The notes under the pieces: model-generated
Told to the model about the DNA's origin: nothing
Databases searched by the model: none
What the model saw: the letters and a program-made list of their open reading frames with translations, nothing else
Shown: in pieces, positions 48,610 to 57,690 of the stretch
Position numbering within the stretch: the first letter of the stretch is position 1
How the letters are laid out: each line of letters starts with the position of its first letter
NCBI GenBank assembly: GCA_945878135.1
Contig: CAMDUL010000012.1
Location: forward strand, 15,637 to 79,636
Source: Chthoniobacter flavus
GTDB taxonomy: Bacteria > Verrucomicrobiota > Verrucomicrobiia > Chthoniobacterales > JACTMZ01
DNA length: 64,000 bases
Reading direction: 5' to 3'
Program-made: the position numbers and the translations under genes

Positions 48610-48825
48610 TCACCGCGCCTTGCGCTTGAAAATCGCCACATCCCTGCTCGTGAAGGCAACGAGTTCCCAGCCCTCGGCCCCGCGCGCGTTCATCATTTGC
48701 TCGAGATTGCGGATTTTCAGCGCGCCGGTCACCACCAGGTATTCCCACTTCGGCGGCCGCGCCTCCGCGGCACACACCGAAGCCAGGCACACACCGGCCA
48801 ACATCAGATTCCGAAGAGATTTCAT
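48610..48825 (-). CDS. small secreted DUF4177-like protein
   Basis: 71 aa inside ORF 48610..49326: signal peptide MKSLRNLMLAGVCLASVCAA, then KWEYLVV...MNARGAEGWELVAFTS. Confidence 0.55.
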   Translation of the reverse strand: MKSLRNLMLAGVCLASVCAAEARPPKWEYLVVTGALKIRNLEQMMNARGAEGWELVAFTSRDVAIFKRKAR

Positions 48826-48877
48826 GATGTTGCGATTGTGCCCCATCTCCTGCGTCGCAGACGAGCCGGAAATCGCG

Positions 48878-50512
48878 TCACCTTTCCAACTCGCCCCGCA
48901 AAATCCGCGCGATCTCGCGCACGCCCTCCGGATGCTGGTGCACATCATGCCCGGACGGCACGATCTTTTCACTGACGGCCCCCGGATAATGCGCGCTGCG
49001 GAAAGGCACGATGCCGTCGCCGCCGGCCGGCGCATCGTTGCGTCCGCGGTCGCCGATGATCGAATGGAATTTGACCCGCGGATCCCGCGGCGCCGCGAGG
49101 ATGGCCTCAAGCAAGGGCGAGTTCTCCCGCAAAAAACGGATACTGTTGGCCGGTTCCTCCAAATCCCGCCGCACCTCCGCGTGCGCCTTGGAGAGCAACA
49201 GGTCGCGGTAATGCTGGATTTCCGGCAACGCGAAACGCACGCGGGCGGCGAAAAAACGCGCCCCCACCCGCAAGGCCAGCGGACTCCCCCGGTGCGGCAC
49301 GCCGGCGAAAACCACCCGCGACACATCGCTCCGCGGCTCGAACACCATCAACTCCTTGATCCGCCGCCGCGCCGGCTCGCTGATCGGCAACTCGGAGATC
49401 GGAACTTTGGAGAATCTCGCCCACAGCGAGTCCCCTCCCTCGCGCACCTGCAGACCAGAAACCAGACCACCCATGCTGTGCCCGACGAGGACTTTGCCGC
49501 GCAACCGCGCCCGCGCCGCCGCCGTGGTCGTCCGCGGCGCCAGCTCGCGATTGAAACGATCCAACTCCGACCGCAAATCCGCCGCCGATTTCCACACCGG
49601 CAGGCCCGTCGGATAAAGCATGAACCAGAATTGGAAATTCCTCCGGATCTCCGCATCCGCCAGCAGCTGGTTGACCGCGATCCGCCACGTCTCCGGCCGT
49701 GACATCAACCCGTGCACGAAAACCACCGGCGTCTTGTCCGGGTCGAACGGCTGGAACTGATACAGCCCCGCATGCTCCGTGTTCTCTTTCGGTCGAAAGA
49801 GAGAGACCACGTCAAGCGAACGGTTCCTTCCTCTGGCAATGATCATGGCCAGCGGCGCCGAAAAATCGGCCGCCAGCTTCCGCTCCCGACCGGCCACCGG
49901 CCAGCGGTCGCGCTGCATCGTCCGCACGAATCTCCAACGCGCCTTCCCGTCCGCATCGAAGGTCAACAAAGCCGTGACCGGAATGGCCATCCCCGCCGGC
50001 GGCACGCCCGGTTCACCGCTCAGCAACTCCGCATCGGCCCGGAACCACGCCACGCACGGCAAGCCCAAGCCTTCCTGCATCACCCGCTGCGGCCTGCCGC
50101 CGATCTCCACTTGGTCGGCCGGCACGATGGTGTCCGCCGCCGCCGGATCCAACACATCCCGCCCCGTCCGCACCAATCCCTCCGCACCCGGCCCCGACCA
50201 ATCTGCTTGTTCGCCAACACGAACCAGCCTTCGCAAGGCCGCGCGATAAACCAGCGCATCCGTTTCATTCCCGCCCAACATCCCCGGCCAAGCCGCGCGG
50301 GCCGCCGCCACCAGCGAACGCCTTTCCCCACCCGCCGCGCCGCGCCGCGCCAGCACCCGCCAAGGCGGCAACGCCCGCGCCACCCCGGCCCGCCGCAGCT
50401 CGCGCTCTTCCGTCCGCTGCTCCGGCAAAATGCGCAAATTGACTGCCGCGCAACCGCTCAACCCCGCCGCCAACACCGGAAGCAAACAAATCCGCAGAGC
50501 CCCTTTCGTCAT
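48878..50512 (-). CDS. alpha/beta hydrolase lipoprotein (lipase/esterase-like) with ~250-aa N-terminal domain of unknown function
   Basis: Start MTKGALRICLLPVLAAGLSGC (lipobox; ORF extends to 50563). VVFVHGLMSRPETW, nucleophile elbow VLVGHSMGG, DGIVP...SGHDVHQHP. Confidence 0.75.
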   Translation of the reverse strand: MTKGALRICLLPVLAAGLSGCAAVNLRILPEQRTEERELRRAGVARALPPWRVLARRGAAGGERRSLVAAARAAWPGMLGGNETDALVYRAALRRLVRVGEQADWSGPGAEGLVRTGRDVLDPAAADTIVPADQVEIGGRPQRVMQEGLGLPCVAWFRADAELLSGEPGVPPAGMAIPVTALLTFDADGKARWRFVRTMQRDRWPVAGRERKLAADFSAPLAMIIARGRNRSLDVVSLFRPKENTEHAGLYQFQPFDPDKTPVVFVHGLMSRPETWRIAVNQLLADAEIRRNFQFWFMLYPTGLPVWKSAADLRSELDRFNRELAPRTTTAAARARLRGKVLVGHSMGGLVSGLQVREGGDSLWARFSKVPISELPISEPARRRIKELMVFEPRSDVSRVVFAGVPHRGSPLALRVGARFFAARVRFALPEIQHYRDLLLSKAHAEVRRDLEEPANSIRFLRENSPLLEAILAAPRDPRVKFHSIIGDRGRNDAPAGGDGIVPFRSAHYPGAVSEKIVPSGHDVHQHPEGVREIARILRGELER

Positions 50513-50571
50513 CACGCGCCGCAACAATATCACCCCTTCCAAGAAAACAGGACCTTCTTCCAAGTTCTTAA

Positions 50572-50611
50572 TGTAGCGTCGCCGTCCCCGGCGACGAGGA
50601 CGCCGCCGCTA
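50572..50611. repeat. single-hairpin member of the GTAGCG...CGCTAC palindrome family
   Basis: GTAG CGTCGCCG-TCCC-CGGCGACG AGGACGCCGC CGCTAC, in the intergenic region between the hydrolase and HdeD genes. Confidence 0.45.
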
Positions 50612-50657
50612 CAAAAAGCAGGAAGCGGGCGGACGATCCCCGCATCAACCGCAACCC

Positions 50658-51200
50658 TTACGCCTCCTGCGCTTTGGGCAGCGCCGTGCCGTAAGCGATC
50701 AGCGTGGCACCGGTGAAAAGGCAATTGATCCCGAAGAGCATGCCGATCGCCCAGAGCGCGCTGCCCGGGAATTGCGCGATGAGCATGACGCCGAGCACGA
50801 GCGAGGCCACGGCACTGAGCACCACCCAGCCCCACGCCGGATTTTTGCCGCGCAGTTTCAAGCCGAGCACCAGACCGCAAATACCTTCGATAACAAAGAC
50901 CGACCCGAGCACCAGCGTCAGCACCAACACACCTTTGAGCACGTTGGAAACCAGGAGCAGGCCGACGATGATGCGCAAGGCCGCCGAGAAGAAGTCATAG
51001 AGCCGGTGTTGCCGCGCTTTGCCGAAGACCGCGGCGAAAAACAACACGAGGCCGCTGGCCAAAGCGATGATCCCGACCACCTGCGTCACCGCCAGCGTGG
51101 CCAAACCCGGACGGTTCATGGCGTACAAGCCGACGAGGATGGAGAGAATGCCGCCAAGGATATACCAAATGCTGCTTTTCTGGTGCGTGGTGTTTTCCAT
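50658..51200 (-). CDS. hdeD: HdeD-family (DUF308) membrane protein
   Basis: Six TM helices with the repeating GxxxxxxG pattern. WYILGGILSILVGLYAM...ALWAIGMLFGINCLFTG. Confidence 0.8.
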   Translation of the reverse strand: MENTTHQKSSIWYILGGILSILVGLYAMNRPGLATLAVTQVVGIIALASGLVLFFAAVFGKARQHRLYDFFSAALRIIVGLLLVSNVLKGVLVLTLVLGSVFVIEGICGLVLGLKLRGKNPAWGWVVLSAVASLVLGVMLIAQFPGSALWAIGMLFGINCLFTGATLIAYGTALPKAQEA

Positions 51201-51418
51201 AAGCCGAGCCTCTTCGCCAGAGACCCAGACCTCAAGGCATTAGATGGAAAGCTCCCGTCGTTTCGTGAAGCCCACACCATAGCGGCTCGGAAGAGTGGAT
51301 GCGGCGGGGACGCCGCTTGTACCTTTGCCATCAACTGCCTCGTTACGGATAAGATGGCTTGCCTCGGTAGCCTCTGGTAAATCACCCGGTGCTCTCCGGG
51401 CGCAGAAACTTTCCTACG

Positions 51419-52690
51419 ATGACCCGATCCATCTTTGATTTCTCAGTTTGCGCCGCCGCGGCTTTGGTCCTCACCGCCTGCTCGCGTCCGCCGGAAGCAT
51501 CGACGGAAATCGTCCGACCAGTGCGCACGCTGGTGGTGGCGGGTGGCGAGGACACCGGAAGCCGCACGTTTCCGGGCCGGGTCGATGCGTCCAAACAAGT
51601 TGAGCTCACTTTCCAAGTTCCCGGTCTGCTCCTCGAGTTGCCGGTCCGCGAAGGACAACGCGTAGCGCAGGGCGATCTGGTGGCGCGGCTGCGTCCGCAC
51701 GAATTCCAAGCACGCCTCAATGCGCTGCAAGGACAACTCGCCCGCGCCCGCGCCGACCTACAGGCCTTGCAAGCCGGTGCCCGTCCGGAGGAGCAACAGC
51801 GCCTCGAAGCCCAGCTCCGCTCGGCCGACGCCACCCTGGCCAATGCCCGCGTCGATCTCGACCGCGCGACGCAATTGCTCCGCTCGCAAACCATTTCCCG
51901 ACTCGAATTCGACCGTGCCGACACCGCCTTCCGGGTCGCCTTGGAAAACCGCCAAGCCGCGCGGGCCTCGCTCGATCAAAGCCTGACCGGACGCGAGGAA
52001 GACATCCTCGCGAAGCAGTCCGAAATCGCCGGGCTCGAAGCCCGCGTGGTCGAAGCCGGCATCCAGTTGTCCGACACCACCCTCACCGCCCCTTACGCCG
52101 GCGTCATCGCCCGCCGCTTTGTCGAACAAGGCCAGAGCATCCGCGCCAAACAACCGGTCGTGAAATTCCAAGACGTCGAGGAAATCGAAATCGCCGTCGA
52201 TGTCCCCGAGTCGGTCATGGCCTCGGCCCTGCGCACCGCCGACATCACCGGGCTCACCGCGGAATTCAGCGCCGCACCCGGCCGCAGCTTTCCCGTGCAA
52301 GTGCGCGAGATCGCCCAGCGCGCCGACCCCGTGACACAAACCTTCAATGTCCGCGCCACCATGCAAGCCCCATCGGACCTCAACCTGCTCCCCGGCATGA
52401 CCGCCACCGTGACGATGAACTACCGCCGCGCCGCGGTCCTCGGTCCGAACATCTCCGTGCCCGTCTCCGCCGTGGTGCAGGACAGCAAAGGTGAATCCAT
52501 CGTGTGGAGCATCGGTCCCGATGGAACAGTCCGCGCGCGCGCTGTGCGCACCGGCGCCATTTCCGGCGGCCTCATCGAAATCACCGAGGGCCTGCAACCC
52601 GGTGACCGCATTGCCGCGGCCGGCGCCAGCCATTTGCGCGAAGGCATGAAGGTGCGCGATCTCGGGGACGCGCTCGGCGGCCGGCCATGA
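51419..52690 (+). CDS. RND efflux periplasmic adaptor (membrane fusion protein)
   Basis: Start MTRSIFDFSVCAAAALVLTAC (lipobox). Coiled-coil hairpin (ARLNALQGQLARARADLQAL...), beta-barrel and lipoyl-like segments. ATGA overlap with the pump gene. Confidence 0.9.
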   Translation: MTRSIFDFSVCAAAALVLTACSRPPEASTEIVRPVRTLVVAGGEDTGSRTFPGRVDASKQVELTFQVPGLLLELPVREGQRVAQGDLVARLRPHEFQARLNALQGQLARARADLQALQAGARPEEQQRLEAQLRSADATLANARVDLDRATQLLRSQTISRLEFDRADTAFRVALENRQAARASLDQSLTGREEDILAKQSEIAGLEARVVEAGIQLSDTTLTAPYAGVIARRFVEQGQSIRAKQPVVKFQDVEEIEIAVDVPESVMASALRTADITGLTAEFSAAPGRSFPVQVREIAQRADPVTQTFNVRATMQAPSDLNLLPGMTATVTMNYRRAAVLGPNISVPVSAVVQDSKGESIVWSIGPDGTVRARAVRTGAISGGLIEITEGLQPGDRIAAAGASHLREGMKVRDLGDALGGRP

Positions 52691-55600
52691 ACCCCGGCGT
52701 TTTTTCGGTCCAACACAACCGCGTGGTCCTCGTGGCCATGGCGCTTGCCGTCCTTGGCGGACTCGTCGCCTACCGGAACTTGGGGCGTCTCGAAGATCCC
52801 GAGTTCACCATCAAGCAGGCGCTCATCATCACCCCCTATCCCGGCGCCAGCGCAACCGAGGTTGCGCAGGAAGTGACCAATCCGATCGAAATCGCCTGCC
52901 AGCAACTCGGACAAATCGACCACATCGAATCCGAATCGACCCGCGGACAATCCCTCGTCACCGTGCGGATCAAAGACCGCTATGACAAACACCGCATCCA
53001 GCAGGTGTGGGACGAATTGCGGCGCAAAGTGGCCGATGTGCAAAGCCAGTTGCCGCCCGCGGCGCGCGGACAATCGGTCGTCATCGACGACTTCGGCGAT
53101 GTCTACGGCATCTTCTTCGCCCTGACCGGCGACGGCTACTCCTTCCCCGAGCTGCGGCGCTACGCCGATTTCCTGCGCCGCGAATTGCTCGGCGTCCCCA
53201 TGGTCAAGAGCGTCGTCCTCTTCGGCGAGCGGCAGGAAGTGGTTTATCTCGAGATTTCCCGACTCCGCCTCGCCCAACTCGGACTCGACGAGGAGCAGAT
53301 CTACGCCAAGCTGCGCGAGCAGAACGTCGCGGCGGATGGCGGACGCGTCCGCGCCGGCGATCTCCACATCGCCATCGATCCGACCGGCGCCTTCACCTCG
53401 GCCGAGGACATGCTCGAGATGATCATCGGGTCGGACCGGAGCGGACGCCAGCTCCGCCTCCGCGACATCGCCACCCTGCAGCGCGCCGACCGCGACCCGC
53501 CGCGCCGCTTGCTGCGCTACGACGGCAAGCCGGCCATCGGTATCGGCATCTCCATCGTGCCCGGCGGCAATGTGGTGGAAATGGGCGCCTACGTGCGGGA
53601 GAAACTCGCCGGGCTGGCCGGCACGCAACCCGTCGGCATGGAAATCGGCGAGATCAACTTCCAACCCGAAGCCGTCGCCTCCGCGACCAACGAATTCGTC
53701 TTCAACCTGGCCAAAGCCGTCACCATTGTTTTTGTCGTCCTCTTTCTCGCCATGGGCCGCAAAACGAGCCTGATCATCGGCGGGGTTCTTTTCCTCACCA
53801 TCATGGCGACGTTTCTCGTCATGTATCTCAAAGGCGACCTGCTCATGGAGCGCATCTCGCTCGGCGCGCTGATCATTGCTTTGTGCATGCTCACCGACAA
53901 CGCCATCATCGTTATCGAGGGCATCAAGGTCGGCATCGAAAAAGGCCGCGACAAATTGCAGGTCGTGCGCGAGGTCGTGGCGGAAAACCAATGGCCGCTC
54001 TTCGGCGCCACCGCCATCGGCATCATCGCTTTCGCGGCCATCGGACTCTCCGAAGACAACACCGGCGAATACACCAACTCGCTTTTCTGGGTCATCCTCA
54101 TCGCCCTGAGCCTCAGCTGGGTTTCCTCGGTCACGGCCACGCCGCTGCTCAGCTACATTTTCTTCCGTCCGCTCGCCCCCGGCAGCGCGGAGGCCGCCCG
54201 CGATCCCTACGACGCCCTTCCTTTCCGCGTCTACCGCAAACTGCTCACCGCCGCCCTGCGTCATCGCTGGCTCGTCGTGGCCTTGGCCATCGCCGGCCTC
54301 GCCGCCGGACTCTACGGCTTCCGCTACGTCGACCAGAGCTTCTTCCCGCCTTCCACGCGACCGCAGTTCATGGTCGATGTCCACCTCCCGGCCGGCACCC
54401 ACATCCGGGAGACCGAGGCCTTTGCCGAAGACTTCCGTGATTACATCCAAGAACTCGACGGCGTGACCCACGTTACCTCGCTCATCGGCGGCGGTGGATT
54501 GCGCTTTCTCCTCGTCTATTCGCCGGAACACGAGAACCGCGCCTATGTGCAATTCCTCGTCGATGTCGACGACTGGCGGAAAATCGATCCCGTCGCCGCG
54601 GCCATCCAACAGGAACTGGACACCAACCGCCCCGGCGCCAACGGCATCGCCAAAAAATTCCTCCTCGGTCCGGGTTCCGGCGGACGCATCCAGATCCGCT
54701 TCAGCGGTCCCGACCCCGCCGTCCTCCGTCAACTCGGCGAACAAGCCATGCAAGTCCTCGAGGAGGACGGCAATGCCGTTGCCGTGCGCAGCGATTGGCA
54801 GGAACCGGTGCAAGTCATCCGCCCCCAAGTGCTCGAACAGCAAGCCCGCCGCAACGGCCTGACCCGCGTCGATGTGGCCCGCGCGCTGGAAACCAGTTTC
54901 GAAGGACGCCCCGTCGGACTCTACCGCGAGCCCGGCAGCGAAGGCACCGGCCTCTTCCCGCAGGAAAACCGCCTCCTGTCCATCATCGCGCGTCCGCCGC
55001 TGGCCGAACGCGAAGACGCCGCCGCCATCGGCAACCTGCAAATCTGGAGTCCCGCCGCCGCGCGCATGATCCCGCTGGCCCAAGTCACCGCCGGCACCGA
55101 AGTCGCCTGGGAAAATCCCGTCATCGCCCGCCGCGACCGTTCACCGACGCTTACCGTCCACGCCGATCCCCGCCGTGGACTGCCCAGCCAACTGCGCGAC
55201 CGCGTCAAAGACCGCATCGAGGACATCGAACTCCCGCCCGGCTACCGGCTCGAATGGGGCGGCGAATACGAAGACTCCGGCCGCGCCCGCGGCGCGCTGG
55301 CCGAACCCATCCCGTGGTTCTTCGCCATCATGGCGTTCATCGTCGTGGCGCTTTTCAATTCCATCCGGACCACCGTCCTCATCTGGCTGGTCATGCCGCT
55401 CTGCATCATTGCCGTGACCGCGGGACTCCTCCTTACCCGCATGCCCTTCGGCTTCATGGCCCTCCTCGGTTTGCTTGCCCTCGGCGGCGAGCTGATCAAA
55501 AACCAGATTGTCGTGGTCAGCAAAATCAAGACCCTGATCGACAAAGGCGAACGTCCCTACCGCGCCATCCTCGACGCCTGCACGAGCAAGATGCGCCCCA

Positions 55601-55773
55601 TCTGCATGGTCGTGCTCACCACCGTGCTCGGCATGATCCCGCTGGTCACCGATCCGTTTTTCTCCTCCATGGCCGTGACCATCATGTTCGGCCTCTCCTT
55701 CGCCGCCGTGCTGTCGTTGCTCGTCACCCCCGTTCTCTACGCCATCTTCTACGGCATCCGCGAGGAGGTCTGA
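52687..55773 (+). CDS. RND efflux transporter permease (AcrB/HAE1-like)
   Basis: 1028 aa, 12 TM helices with two large periplasmic loops. Typical N-terminus FSVQHNRVVLVAMALAVLGGLVAY. Confidence 0.95.
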   Translation: MNPGVFSVQHNRVVLVAMALAVLGGLVAYRNLGRLEDPEFTIKQALIITPYPGASATEVAQEVTNPIEIACQQLGQIDHIESESTRGQSLVTVRIKDRYDKHRIQQVWDELRRKVADVQSQLPPAARGQSVVIDDFGDVYGIFFALTGDGYSFPELRRYADFLRRELLGVPMVKSVVLFGERQEVVYLEISRLRLAQLGLDEEQIYAKLREQNVAADGGRVRAGDLHIAIDPTGAFTSAEDMLEMIIGSDRSGRQLRLRDIATLQRADRDPPRRLLRYDGKPAIGIGISIVPGGNVVEMGAYVREKLAGLAGTQPVGMEIGEINFQPEAVASATNEFVFNLAKAVTIVFVVLFLAMGRKTSLIIGGVLFLTIMATFLVMYLKGDLLMERISLGALIIALCMLTDNAIIVIEGIKVGIEKGRDKLQVVREVVAENQWPLFGATAIGIIAFAAIGLSEDNTGEYTNSLFWVILIALSLSWVSSVTATPLLSYIFFRPLAPGSAEAARDPYDALPFRVYRKLLTAALRHRWLVVALAIAGLAAGLYGFRYVDQSFFPPSTRPQFMVDVHLPAGTHIRETEAFAEDFRDYIQELDGVTHVTSLIGGGGLRFLLVYSPEHENRAYVQFLVDVDDWRKIDPVAAAIQQELDTNRPGANGIAKKFLLGPGSGGRIQIRFSGPDPAVLRQLGEQAMQVLEEDGNAVAVRSDWQEPVQVIRPQVLEQQARRNGLTRVDVARALETSFEGRPVGLYREPGSEGTGLFPQENRLLSIIARPPLAEREDAAAIGNLQIWSPAAARMIPLAQVTAGTEVAWENPVIARRDRSPTLTVHADPRRGLPSQLRDRVKDRIEDIELPPGYRLEWGGEYEDSGRARGALAEPIPWFFAIMAFIVVALFNSIRTTVLIWLVMPLCIIAVTAGLLLTRMPFGFMALLGLLALGGELIKNQIVVVSKIKTLIDKGERPYRAILDACTSKMRPICMVVLTTVLGMIPLVTDPFFSSMAVTIMFGLSFAAVLSLLVTPVLYAIFYGIREEV

Positions 55774-55787
55774 TTCAGGAAGTCATC

Positions 55788-55816
55788 TTGACAGCATGTT
55801 CAGATGATGCTTTGAT
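55788..55816 (+). promoter_or_regulatory. sigma70-like promoter TTGACA-N17-TTTGAT immediately before the vapB GTG (possible leaderless transcript)
   Basis: Read directly from the DNA. The -10 element ends 6 nt before GTG 55823. The short inverted repeat CATCT...AGATG overlaps it. Confidence 0.35.
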
Positions 55817-55822
55817 GCTTCC

Positions 55823-56083
55823 GTGCGCACGACCCTGACCCTCGAACCGGACGTGGTCAAACTGCTGCACGACGAGCAATACCGGACCAAGAAGACCTTC
55901 AAAGAGGTGCTGAACAGCGCGGTGCGGTCTTCGCTGCGCCGCAGGCCGACCAAACGCCCCAAGCTGCTGCCGCCGCGTGCCATGGGACTGCGCACCGGCA
56001 TCGATCCGCGCGACCTCGCCGGACTGGCTGATGAGCTCGAGGCGGAAAGTTATCTGCGGACGGCCGCCCGGCGTTGCCGCTGA
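55823..56083 (+). CDS. vapB: type II antitoxin (VapB/DUF2191-like)
   Basis: GTG start. MRTTLTLEPDVVKLL is the typical MRTTL(D/E)xD antitoxin N-terminus. Lies 3 nt upstream of the PIN gene. Confidence 0.7.
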   Translation: MRTTLTLEPDVVKLLHDEQYRTKKTFKEVLNSAVRSSLRRRPTKRPKLLPPRAMGLRTGIDPRDLAGLADELEAESYLRTAARRCR

Positions 56084-56086
56084 GCC

Positions 56087-56515
56087 GTGATTCTTCCCGA
56101 CGCCACCCTGCTGCTCTATGCCACGGACAAGGAATGCCCGGACCATGAAGCATCCGCCGCGTGGTGGCGCCGGACCTTGCATGGAGACGACGAAGTGGGG
56201 CTTTGCTCTGTTGTCGCTTTCGCTTTTCTCCGCCTGTCCACCAACCGCAAAGTTTTCCGCCAACCGTTGAGCGTGAAGGACGCCTGTGCCCGCGTGGCCA
56301 ACTGGCTGGAATTTCCCAATGTGGTCTGGCTCGACACGGCAGCGGAGGATTTCGCCTCGGCCACCAAGCTGCTTCTTGCCGCCGGCACCGGCGCCAACCT
56401 TGTCACCGATGCCCAGATTGCCGCCATCGCGCTGCGAACCGGCGCATCCATCCGTTCCTGTGATCGCGATTTCGCGCGTTTTCCCGGCATCGACTGGTCG
56501 GATCCCCTCGCCTGA
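56087..56515 (+). CDS. vapC: type II toxin, PIN-domain (VapC family)
   Basis: GTG start. ILPDATLLLYA (first acidic residue), LVTDAQIAAIAL, SCDRDFARF. Confidence 0.75.
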   Translation: MILPDATLLLYATDKECPDHEASAAWWRRTLHGDDEVGLCSVVAFAFLRLSTNRKVFRQPLSVKDACARVANWLEFPNVVWLDTAAEDFASATKLLLAAGTGANLVTDAQIAAIALRTGASIRSCDRDFARFPGIDWSDPLA

Positions 56516-56594
56516 GCAGGCCGGTATGCGGAATACTCCGGCTATCGCGGCCTGATCTGTGGTTGCCAGCGAGACAATACCGCCAAAGAAAACC

Positions 56595-57575
56595 ATGCGC
56601 ACCAGCCTGCGAATTTCCGCTGTCCTCGCCGCGCTCCTTCTGCTCGGCCTTGCCTGGCTTGTGCGTCCACTCCCGCTCGATGACCTCGTCTCGACACCCG
56701 ATCCCGCGCAATCCTATGACGATGCCATGGCCCGATGGGCGCGGGCGCAAGAACAGGAAGGCGCCCGACCGCTGCACGACGGCGGACGCAGCATCGCTCT
56801 TACTCACGGCTGCGAGACTGATCGCGTCTTCGTCTTGCTCCACGGACTGACCAATGCCCCGCGCCAATTTCGTGAACTGGGCGGGAAACTTTTCGCCACC
56901 GGTGCCAATGTGGTCATTCCCCGCCTCGCCCATCACGGCCTCGCCGACCGCATGACCGACGCGCACGCCGCCCTCACCGCGCAGGACCTCATCGCCTACG
57001 CCCAATACGGCGTCGACCTGGCCCAAGGCCTGGGAAAAAAGGTCACCGTGGTCGGACTGTCCATCAGCGGCATATCGGCCGCATGGTTGGCGCAGAATCG
57101 TGACGACATCGACCAAGTCTTTCTCCTCGCCCCCCTCTTCGGCCCCGCCGTCGTGCCTGACGCACTCACCCCGGCTTTCGCCGCCGCGCTGACGCGACTC
57201 CCCAATAAAATGATGTGGTGGGATCCGCGCGTCCGCGAAAACCTTCCGGGACCGCCCTACAACTATCCGCGTTTCCCCACACGCGCACTCGGCGAAGCGC
57301 TGCGTCTCGGACTGCAAGCCGCGCAACCCGACCAGACACTACGCGTCAACCGCCTCGGTGTGATCCTGACGGAGAATGACAAGGCCGTGAACAACGCCCG
57401 CACCAGACGTGTGGTCGAGCAATGGCGCACCGCGTCCCCGGACACCGATTTTTTCATCTACGAATTCCCCGCTTCGGAAAACATCCCGCACGACTTCATC
57501 GACCCGCTTCAACCCGATGCCCGCACCGACAAAGTCAACGCCGTCTTGATCGAGTGGCTGACCGGCAAAATGTAA
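56595..57575 (+). CDS. alpha/beta hydrolase, membrane-anchored or secreted
   Basis: Start MRTSLRISAVLAALLLLGLAWL. VFVLLHGLTNAPRQF, elbow VVGLSISG, and HDF near the C-terminus. Confidence 0.7.
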   Translation: MRTSLRISAVLAALLLLGLAWLVRPLPLDDLVSTPDPAQSYDDAMARWARAQEQEGARPLHDGGRSIALTHGCETDRVFVLLHGLTNAPRQFRELGGKLFATGANVVIPRLAHHGLADRMTDAHAALTAQDLIAYAQYGVDLAQGLGKKVTVVGLSISGISAAWLAQNRDDIDQVFLLAPLFGPAVVPDALTPAFAAALTRLPNKMMWWDPRVRENLPGPPYNYPRFPTRALGEALRLGLQAAQPDQTLRVNRLGVILTENDKAVNNARTRRVVEQWRTASPDTDFFIYEFPASENIPHDFIDPLQPDARTDKVNAVLIEWLTGKM

Positions 57576-57612
57576 CGCAACCAACCTCGGCAGCAGCCGT
57601 TTCGCCCGCACC

Positions 57613-57689
57613 GGTTGTAGCGGCGGTCTGTGACCGCCGGTGCCAGACATTGGAAAGTTTCCGGCGGTCACAGACCGCCGCTACAATCC
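57613..57689. repeat. perfect 24-bp inverted repeat (nested palindrome) filling the convergent intergenic spacer
   Basis: GTAGCGGCGGTCTGTGACCGCCGG-N20-CCGGCGGTCACAGACCGCCGCTAC. Each arm is itself a hairpin (GGCGGTC-TGT-GACCGCC). It abuts the hisF stop codon. Confidence 0.75.
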
Positions 57690-57690
57690 T

